Assembly (NCBI RefSeq): GCF_036588685.1
Contig: NC_086373.1
Coordinates: 106,330,001 to 106,394,000 of the forward strand
Origin: Mytilus trossulus
Taxonomy: Eukaryota
Length of the DNA stretch: 64,000 bases
Direction: 5' to 3'
The notes beneath the pieces were generated by a model, which did no database searches, was not told the origin of the DNA, and saw only the letters and a list, made by a program, of their open reading frames with translations. A program made the translations under genes and the position numbers. Shown piece by piece: positions 53,575 through 64,000 of this stretch (its first letter is position 1; every line of letters starts with the position of its first letter).

Positions 53575-56500
53575 CAGTTTTGTATTATGAGTACAAAATA
53601 TGACATGATAAAAAGTTTCTTCTATTCCAGCTTTTTTACTTTTTACAGCACATGTGAAAGAATAATTTCTCACTATGATTCCTCTCTTTTTAATTATAAG
53701 TTACTATTCTTTACTGTTGAAAATGTCTAATAAAATATCTTAATCTTGCCAGAAATATCAAAGTATATAAATAGGATAGTGTTTCCCAAAATTAACACAT
53801 ACGATCTAACATATACAAAGAGCAATCTGTTGACGACCAAATTTAATAAAAATGAATGAAAATGAAATATGACTGCCAACAATTTCATATTTAATATTTT
53901 GAAGAATGGATTTCTTTGTAGGTTTGTTCAATGTTCAAGGTATATCTTATCATGTTTAGAACATTAGGCATATTGCTTCATGTCTTATCCATCCTTGGTA
54001 GATCTAATACATTGGGTCAGTAAACTCACCATTTTAAATCTCATAAAGACTTGATTAAACAAACATATTTAGTAATATCAATGTCACATTATGTATCATC
54101 GTGGGGAGAACCTCTTTCATTTAAATTCTATGTATAGTCAGTGCAACACTGTATTTATTTCAAAGATTGAATTTTTTCACAATTGAATTTCTTAAAACTT
54201 TTTTTTACCACCCTATTGATTATAGGTTCTCTCTCCATAAAATAATCTCCTTTTCAAAATTAGTTGAAAGCCTGATGACAGAACTCTATGCAGTATCATT
54301 AACGTAACTATTTTACATATTGTAGATAGATAGTTGATTCAAAATTTGAACAGATCCCAATTTTATTCTTCTTCTTTCTTATTTACTGGGTAAAAATTTC
54401 TATATCAGATTATAGGGTTTTATACAGTATCTCACTTTGTTGAGATAGAATGAAAATTGAAAGTGGTTTATTTATTTTGAGAGTTTGAATATTGCAATTT
54501 TTCTAGTTCCAACATGCTGAAGTGTTTTTCTTGTCCCCCATTCTAATCCTCTTATTATTTGCCAATATATTCTCATCATCTCAAAATAAGCAAATGTAAA
54601 ACCATTCACAAAAGTTTCCCATTTTACAGTAATAGCGCACAATAGATTAAAATCATAAGGTTGTTTTCTTATCTTAAAAACACAAGCTATCTTAAAGCTT
54701 AGATACTGCAGCCTCTAATGAAGAGAAGTTAATGTATACAGCATTAAAATGGCCAACAAGGGTAGAGGGGTGAGTTTCTTCATATTTTGGCTAGGTAAAT
54801 ATGAATGTCATGTGAATATTCTGAGACATTTATTTAGGAGATTAAATTCTTTATCTCAAAGTCTTTCTTTAAAATAATATTTGAAATAAGCTTTCTTGTC
54901 AAAAGATTTAAACAATAATTGATTATTTTATGTAATTATAGATCTTTCCTTATTTCAAGTAATGACTGATTATTTCATTTTAAGCATATAATGTAGACTT
55001 CAAGAGATATCTATGCAAACATTAAGGTTATTGAAATTGGTCAGGTGCAACTCACTGTAGAAATTATTTTGCTTTATTATGGAGGAAGGTATTTCTCAAC
55101 TGAAAAGTCTAATCCTCCTTGTAAAAATATTTACTTTGAATTCAATTTTCTTATCACTTCATTTAAAAGAATAATAATGTTGATTTATTTTATTTATACA
55201 AGATAGATTTAAGTTTCCGTATTAATTTGATGTGAATTAATTTTCATGTCTTGGATAGGTATGTTGGACATTACAGTCTAAACTCTTGTTGAACTTTTGT
55301 TGAAATAAATTTCAAATGTTTACTTGACTTATGCTGTTTGTTGTTTCTTGTCATTTTTTGAAGATCATGGAAGTTTTTTTCTAACATAAATTTGCTGATC
55401 AGTGAGCCTTGAGTGTGCTTTTACTATTTTACTTTAAAAAAAAACATGAACATATTGTTTGCAATTGTTGTCCTTAAGTTGATTTACTGATTTCATTGGA
55501 GGCATTTTTATGCCCTGGCAGCCACGGAAACAACTTAGTTAAATCCTTCAATCTGTATTATAATTTCTTTGTTACACCTGCAGATATTGGATTGATATGT
55601 TTGTTTGTACATTTGTACATCAGCGTTTAATGATGATTAAAAAGATTTACTTTGCTTTTCATTCTGGTTAATTAGCTTTTGATGGACTTATGGCTGTAGA
55701 ACTTTCACTTTCATGAAAATTGTACTTCTTGAGGAGTATTTGGGTTATTTTTAGTACATTAGTGTGAAATGAGGCTTTCTGTTTTGTTCCATTGAACCAC
55801 CGTTTGACAGAATGGCTCATATACTGAAGGTCAATGAACATGTCAAAGATATTTCGAATATTTTATCATCTCAAATATTTTATTGGAAATTTAAACATAA
55901 TAAGTGACCTCTTAAAGCTGAAAATTTTGCTATTCATTCTTTTGATTTACTTGCTAAAATATATTATTATGAAAAATTATGCAAAAGTTATATAAAACAT
56001 TCTTACAACTGTGAAGAATGGTTTGAAAAATATGTTTTGTTGAAACGTTAGGTTAAAGGTTAGTAAGTTAACATCGAATTATTATCTATAGACAAGAAAT
56101 AAATTTAGGTGTTAAACGTTAAAAAGCTTCTAAATGATAAATGGAAAGTAACCAGTAGTTGTTTTAATCATATTTATTAAACTTTTTGTACAAAATCCGG
56201 CATATAGATTAAAAAAGCATTTTTAATGAAAATCGTAGCTACATGTACTACTCGTTTAAGCTAGCTGTTTTACCTTGGAAATATTGATTACAGTAACCAA
56301 ACTGATATATACAATTAAAATTGATTGACCTGTGGTAACAGGAAACTTTTTAGTACCAACAATATTATATAACACTTATATATGGATTTGGGTGTAAAAT
56401 GTCCAGCATTGATTATTGGTTGTTTAATATATAGTGGTCAATACTACAGTGTGTTTGCAATGTACTACTACTTTAATATTCTTTTAATGTCCTTGAACAT

Positions 56501-57229
56501 TTTCACTCCCTGTGATAAATTAGTGACATGTTGTCAGTTTTGTCAGAACTGTAAAGAAATTAGAGCAATCACCTTAAGTAAGGTTAGTAGAATAAGATTT
56601 AAAGTAAAGCATGTATGTTTGTTGATATCATGCTATTTTCAATGAAAATGTGATTCTTTTTACTCATCTGGTACAACAAATGTAAAGATGCTACACAGCA
56701 ATCAACTATATGGAACTGGGCTGGGTAACAGAGACAAAATAGTAGTTTTTTAATATTATTATTTTTTATATCAATGTAAAGGTTAACTGTTGTTTGGAAT
56801 GTCTTCATTGATGACTTTAAGAAGTTTTCATCTTATAGCCAGATAGGACAGTCCTTGTGACAGCATGCTATTATTTTTCAGAAGTTATTAGGAAAATCAC
56901 TAAGTTCCCCATTTCTTATTAATTCATTGGTTAATTGATTATATTGTGATAGTCTTATATCTCAGTACCCAGGAAAAAAAGTATTCATTTGACTGTTGTT
57001 AGAATAAATAACTGAGGATCTCATCTTAAAAAAGAACGAGAGAGATAATGGACCATAATGGCTATAGTTTGTGAATGGGACTTAAAACAACATTAATTGA
57101 AATCATATTGGCAAATTTGTAGAAGGAAAGACCATGTCCATATTGGCCAGATTGTTTTAGGAACATCAGACTTTCTTTGATTTGTTTGATGGCTTCTGAC
57201 CTTCAAAGGTCTTTGACATTGAATGGTAG

Positions 57230-58339
57230 CAACAACACAGGTTAATCTCTAATTGTCAACAACTCAGGTTAATCTCTAATTGTCAACAACTCAGGTTAAT
57301 CTCTAATTGTCAACAACACAGGTTAATCTCTAATTGTCAACAACTCAGGTTAATCTCTAATTGTCAACAACACAGGTTAATCTCTAATTGTCAACAACTC
57401 ATGTTAAACTCTAATTGTCAACAACACAGGTTAATCTCTAATTGTCAACAACACAGGTTAAACTCTAATTGTCAACAACACAGGTTAATCTCTAATTGTC
57501 AACAACACAGGTTAATCTCTAATTGTCAACAACTCAGGTTAATCTCTAATTGTCAACAACTCAGGTTAATCTCTAATTGTCAACAACACAGGTTAATCTC
57601 TAATTGTCAACAACTCAGGTTAAACTCTAATTGTCAACAACACAGGTTAATCTCTAATTGTCAACAACACAGGTTAAACTCTAATTGTCAACAACACAGG
57701 TTAATCTCTAATTGTCAACAACACAGGTTAATCTCTAATTGTCAACAACTCAGGTTAATCTCTAATTGTCAACAACTCAGGTTAATCTCTAATTGTCAAC
57801 AACTCAGGTTAATCTTTAATTGTCAACAACTCAGGTTAATCTCTAATTGTCAACAACACAGGTTAAACTCTAATTGTCAACAACTCAGGTTAATCTCTAA
57901 TTGTCAACAACACAGGTTAATCTCTAATTGTCAACAACACAGGTTAAACTCTTATTGTCAACAACTCAGGTTAATCTCTAATTGTCAACAACTCAGGTTA
58001 ATCTCTAATTGTCAACAACTCAGGTTAATCTCTAATTGTCAACAACTCAGGTTAATCTTTAATTGTCAACAACACAGGTTAAACTCTTATTGTCAACAAC
58101 ACAGGTTAATCTCTAATTGTCAACAACTCAGGTTAATCTTTAATTGTCAACAACACAGGTTAAACTCTTATTGTCAACAACACAGGTTAATCTCTAATTG
58201 TCAACAACTCAGGTTAATCTTTAATTGTCAACAACTCAGGTTAAACTCTAATTGTCAACAACACAGGTTAATCTCTAATTGTCAACAACACAGGTTAATC
58301 TCTAATTGTCAACAACTCAGGTTAATCTCTAATTGTCAA
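57230..58339. repeat. 27-bp minisatellite, ~41 copies
   Basis: Unit caacaac(a/t)caggttaa(t/a)ctctaattgt. It produces the 321-aa ORF in the track. Confidence 0.95.
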
Positions 58340-58858
58340 ATGTTGATAGATTTGATTTATTTATAGAACACAGTAAATATTCCCTGTTTATAATAATAGA
58401 ACTAGCTATTTGTCACTCAGTTTTAATCAGGTAAGTGCATTTAATTTTTGGCTAATGAAACATAGTGCACTTCTCAGATTACAACAGATATTCACTTTTG
58501 GCCCATATGGCACTCCATACTTCTTCTAGATTTTCCTTGATTGCTGTTCAATCTTGCAGTTATTGTCCATAATATCATTTCTATATGTGCAGTTGTGAAA
58601 TTATCATTAATTAAATGCCCTTAGGACTGTAAACCAAAAGATTTTCCAGAATTTTCTTGGGAAGACTTACATATTTATAAGCAGAGCTTCTGTGTCACAA
58701 AAATGAACACGTTCTTCATTTATTTCTTCTCAAATGTTACTGCCATATATCTTATTTTAACCCATTTGTCATGATATGTATCGTATATTTACTCAACTGA
58801 TTGACAGTGCAGGATAGTTTTCACTTTTGTCTGTATATTTCATAATTATTGATGTTGT

Positions 58859-59041
58859 GTTCTTGTTACTTCATGTAGTTTGACAGCTTATATGTCACCA
58901 TCATCTTAACAAGGATACAGTTCTTGTTACTTCATGTAGTTTGACAGCTTATATGTCACCATCATCTTAACAAGGATACAGTTCTTGTTACTTCATGTAG
59001 TTTGACAGCTTATATGTCACCATCATCTTAACAAGGATACA
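58859..59041. repeat. 61-bp tandem repeat x3
   Basis: gttcttgttacttcatgtagtttgacagcttatatgtcaccatcatcttaacaaggataca. Confidence 0.9.
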
Positions 59042-61902
59042 TGAGACTTGTAACATTTGAAGTTGCATGTCTGCAATAAATTTAACGAAATCCATCCCAA
59101 TTAGTAGAGCAGATATACCCATTTTACTTGCCATATATCAGTAATGTGAAACACTCATTCTATTAATGCAGTTCCTTTAAAACAATAATTGGAGAATGTC
59201 ATATATGATTTGCGGAGTAAAATATATGGTTACCCCTTCCAATTGTTATTAGGTTCATCACATGGGATTTTTCTGTCCATCTAAAAAATAATTCAAAATC
59301 CTGATTTTACAATTACCTCAGAAAACAAATAACCATAATGCAATATGTATTTTAATATTTGCAGATGTTAATCTCAGATTTTACATTTGCAAATATCAGT
59401 TTTATACTCTAGCTCTACTAACTTATCTGAGGAAAATTATATTTGTGACAGTGAATTTTCTATATGGTAGGAATCACCTTGTGGCACTCTGATACTTTAT
59501 TATATTTTCTACTCCTCAAAACTTATTGTATTACTTAAAGTCTTGAAGTGACATAACATGGTTTTATTGAAAACATTCTGAGCTTGATATTTAATTTGTC
59601 TATGGTATGTTTTCTTTAAAGAAAGTTATTTGTAAGAAATAATGTTTTCAACTTAGACAGTAATTTTAAACAGACATGTTTTCTTAATAATTATGTAATT
59701 TTTCATGCTGTTCAATTAAGTTAAACCATGGTTTCCTAAAGTATGGCTTAATTTGATTGTTTAATTCTGAAATTGTCTGCTGTTTTCTAATTAAATGTTA
59801 GTACAATTTACTTTGATTCAGTTCACAATAACTGATACATTTTGTACTAGGATATAGGTGCAGGTTTTAAACAGGAGGGATTAAACTCATGTAAAAGAGA
59901 AATGTTCATTTGACATGGGGTGTTTAGGTTTGATGCCATATATCAGTTGGAGTTGTGAGCCTGTGTTGGGAGAGTGCCATCTTTTCTATCCACTAAAAAA
60001 ACCGTTGTCCTTTGAGGTACATTTCCTTCATGGATTGATATGTATTGTGTAATACAATGAATTGATAACAGAACATTTGAATGAAAACATCATTGGTTGT
60101 CGTTTGTTGCTTTGTTACATATTTTTATTTTCATTCATTATTTTGTACATAAATTAGACCATTAGTTTTTTCTTGTTCAGTCATTCCTGGACCTTTTATA
60201 GCTGACTATGCAGTAAAGACTTTGCTCATTGTTGAAGGCCGTATGGTGACCTATAGTTGTTAATTTCTGTGTCATTTGGTCTCTTGTGAAGAGTTGGTTC
60301 GTTGGCAATCATACCACACTAAAAATTTCTTTTAAACATGTATAACAAAAAGTCATTTATTTTTTATCATTGGGAAAAAAAAACTGAATTTATGCATGCA
60401 CAACACATGATTCTTAACCTTTATTGTAATATATAAGTTGCCTTCAACTACAAATAATATGGAAAACCAAAAATTGTATATATTTCATGATAACAATAGA
60501 AAAATAAAGGTCATGAATTGAATATGAAAAAACTGTCTTTCTAGGTCAACTTTGTCTTATAGAGCTTCTTCCTCAAATATTAGGGTATTTACATAATTTA
60601 ATGAACTGTAATTTGTAACAGGTAATCTCAGCAATGTTATGAATGTTGGTTACTGCCTAAATGCTTATTGTATATCAAGTTGATTGACAAAAAGTTTTCT
60701 CTGACTTGACTCGCCAAGGATTTTCATTTGAAGCCATTCCTCAAAGATCATGCCACTTAACTCAATTGTCTTAACACTAAAAACCTGTCTTGCTTCTTAT
60801 CATTTAAGGCATGCAACCAATATGCTGAACTATCTCAGCACCGACTCATTTGCTGTTGTCAACCACCAAAGTCTTAAAACAGCCTATGGCTAAACTTGTT
60901 GATTACAGAAAAATCACAGCCTTTTCAACTTTTGCATTAATCATCATTCAATGACTTCAATCTCCATTCACCAAGTATTCTATTGATTTCATAAACATGA
61001 AGTTCTAAGCACAAAAAACCCACATTAAACCACTATTCCGTATTATGCCATTACAGTTTTGAGGAAAACATTAACTGGTATAATTTAGCTATAAAATATG
61101 GTACTCTAATTCTCAGTTACATAAGGAAAATTAAATGTAACAGTAAAAACTTTTTATGACACCTATCTGGAATTCTCATAAACAGTGATTTATAGATAGG
61201 TTCTGTTTATTTTAAGGGAAAGTATTGAGTATTATGATAGCTGCCTGCCAGCTTAATGAGGTGAGAAGTAATTTTTCTTGAGTTTATCATGTAACTTTAT
61301 TAGAGTAAGAACTATACCCCAGTAAGATTATCAGAAGTCAAATTCGTGTACTACATGGTAATCTTTGATAACATATTATAGTGCTTGTCTTGTCCTGGCA
61401 ACAATCATCCAGAAAATGTAGTTACCATGTGTTTTGTTGTTAAGATTTTGTTTTTTTAGTAATTTATTGGTAATCCATTATTTTTTTATGAAATAAAACT
61501 GAATTGTGTGCATTATCTACTACTGTGATGTTGTTTTCACAACCAAATTAAAAATAACATCAAAGAAATTTTCAAATTCCAAAAATTTCCTGGTTATAAA
61601 TAAATATTTTTTTCATATTGTTTTCCCACCTGTGAAAAGTTTACCTATTTACAAATGAATGGTGACCCAAGATTCTCAGTTGTTTTCTTTATATTAGGAC
61701 ACTTCAACTACAAGATATTTATAGACTGTTACATATTTTCTCAGCTGTATTAAGTGCAGGTATTAATCATGAAAAACTTCACATGAAGATTTTCTGTGAA
61801 GAATGACAACTGTAGGAACATTTTAAAGGAAGCAGAAATTAAAACTTTTCTAATTCAATAACTTCCATAAATATTTGTTTGTTTCTCATAAATTACCACT
61901 TA

Positions 61903-62056
61903 TAGGCGGATCCAGGGGAGCCCTGAGGGGCCTGGGCCCCCTTTCGTGTGAAAATTTGGTTGATTATATAGGGAATCATTGAAGCATGACTCAGGAGTGG
62001 GCCCCCCTTATGTCAGTCAGCAGGCCCCCCTTAGGAAAAGTTCTAGATCTGCCACG
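61903..62056. mobile_element. MITE with ggcggatccagg-type TIRs
   Basis: Ends taggcggatccagg / tctagatctgcca. GC-rich, with the same TIR class as 5013-6132. Confidence 0.65.
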
Positions 62057-64000
62057 CAGCCACTCTTAGAGTTTGCCCTTACTCACATTGCAGTGAACTT
62101 GAAGATATCTTATTATTATTTTTTGACATGCTAATGACTACATACAGATTATTAGAGTATCTTCATGCTACTACAGCATCTGTAGAAATATTTAAGGTGA
62201 TTTAAGAAACTTTGACCTATCAAGGGTGTACTCATTATCTCTGCATTCTTTGTACCTTGGTATTTTTTTTATTCTTTCTTCTATCTCTCATTTCATTCAT
62301 GGTAAAATACTTCACACATCTATTCTTTGGTTCAATGATATAATTGACAAAGAAAAAAATTTAATATCCTTTTTCATAACGTTTGTTACAACAAGTGAAC
62401 TAATAAAGTAGGTTATAAGTTGTAAAAAGCTAATATTAGCATCTGTTGACACAAAAGGTTTTCCGCATCAACACTTAAAATGTGTACAATAAAAGAGGCC
62501 CTCTTTACACTTTAAATAACACTATTGATCCCCGACATTTTAATATTTAAATTGATGATATTTTAACTTTACGTTCAGAACCTTTGTGTTAGTTGATTAT
62601 CATGTTACTAGAGTTGTAATTCTGGAGGTTTCATAAAAGTTTTGCATAGTAAGCATTATGTGAAAGGTGAGCTGCATATATATTTTTCTGTACTTTAGAT
62701 AATTTTCTTATGCGTATCAGTTATTTATAATTATCTTATGTATAATTATATTTTTTGTTTATAATTAATTATGTGTGTTTGGAAACTGCAAGCCATGGTC
62801 CTTTTACTGAAATTAACTTCCATAAAATTCACTTCCATATAAGAACAATTATATTGAAGTAATATGTGTGTCTAAGTTCAGATATAAAAGTTTTCTTTAA
62901 AGTCAAGCATTTCAATCTTACAATTCATCTTACTTTTTGATAAATTTTCTGCAAAGTGTTTTTAGGATGAAATCACAGTTGCTGAGTGTAGCTCTTTTAA
63001 TGGCCATGTTCTTTTTCTACAACCATAAGTTTTTGATTGTCAACTTGTTATCTTCTGCTGCTTGTATCATCTTTAAATATTGTACCAAAAACAAATTAAT
63101 GTTTAATTTTCATAGAACTAATTTGTAATTTGAAATAGACAAGTGATCTATTGTTGTGACTTTGTAAGGATAATTGTCATCATTATCGAAGGATAGAAAA
63201 GTGTTAGTATGCTGTCGATCACGTTTCTAATCAAGATCCTGTAATCAACAAGGTTGACAAATTATGTTCTTTATTAGATCAATATCTAAGCCATATTCTA
63301 CTGATGTTTATAGCTTCCCATTTCCTTCATCTCTAGAATGTCAAAGTAAAACAAAAATAACCCCAGACGAAGACATCTTTTAAATCTAATATATTAATCA
63401 TGATCAAATATCAAAACATTTTGATGTCATTGGAAAACACAGTTTATTTTGTTTGTTTCTAAAATCATGTTTTTTTCACGTAGACTTTTACATTATTCCC
63501 AAGAAACAAAAGTATAACTTGAAAATTCTTCTTTTAAATCTAGGAAAATCAAACAAAAATATTATTGAATTATTTTATTTTATTATTATCATAACATTTA
63601 TTTAAATTTTGGATATGGTCAATTCTCAATTTGTACTAAGTTTATATTATGGTCTTTAATGTATGATAGTTTAGGCTTCTTACTCTGTTGTATTATTTAA
63701 AGCTCCTTTAAACCAAGGGAAGGAGTTAAATATTTGTAGAAAACTGTCTCATGCTGTAAATTTTAGAACTTCAGAGATCAGAAGTATTCATGATCTACTT
63801 CAAGAATCGTGGCATTAGGATTGAAATTTTATACCGTTCATCTTTTTTCCAATCATGAACATATTTAGCAGCCTGACAAGATCATACAATAAAGCTCTAT
63901 GTAACATATCTCTGACCCCTTATATCATTGACAACATATCAAATCTTCAATGGGACATCCCTTAGGACTCAGTTTATCACTCTTCAGCATATCCTTTAGG

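Noticed and set aside
57401-58366. 321-aa ORF
   Set aside because: It is just the translation of a 27-bp tandem repeat, and its ATG is a single-unit variant (agg>atg).
60640-61060. Possible decayed coding fragment on the minus strand
   Set aside because: It has multiple stops and no identifiable domain.
37400-64000. Next PDE4 exon (HGxDLIVTPFAQ) and catalytic exons
   Set aside because: Not found by eye. They probably lie beyond the window, although a missed small exon cannot be excluded.

Overview
AT-rich, intron-dominated animal genomic DNA. The repeat families look like those of a bivalve mollusc, most likely the mussel Mytilus (inference from repeat sequences). The window holds the 5' part of a cAMP-specific phosphodiesterase 4 gene (PDE4/dunce) on the + strand. 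The clear anchor is the UCR1 exon at 35323-35505 (FDVENG...[26 protein letters not shown]). Two phase-2 alternative first coding exons (8693-8820, 19181-19398) and two 42-nt symmetric microexon candidates (21934-21975, 37330-37371) splice to it in frame. I did not find the next conserved exon (HGxDLIVTPFAQ), so the gene probably continues past the window end. The introns hold many small mobile elements: a CAG-terminated TIR element with a 5-bp TSD, a tRNA-derived Meta-type SINE with a TSD, and Helentron-associated (HINE/pearl-like) elements with internal tandem repeats. They also hold a hammerhead-ribozyme retrozyme monomer with several decayed hammerheads, and three unrelated 'double-hairpin' elements with a shared architecture. 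Several minisatellites and a composite local duplication flanked by ~250-bp direct repeats complete the picture. Nearly all ORFs in the supplied track are non-coding noise.
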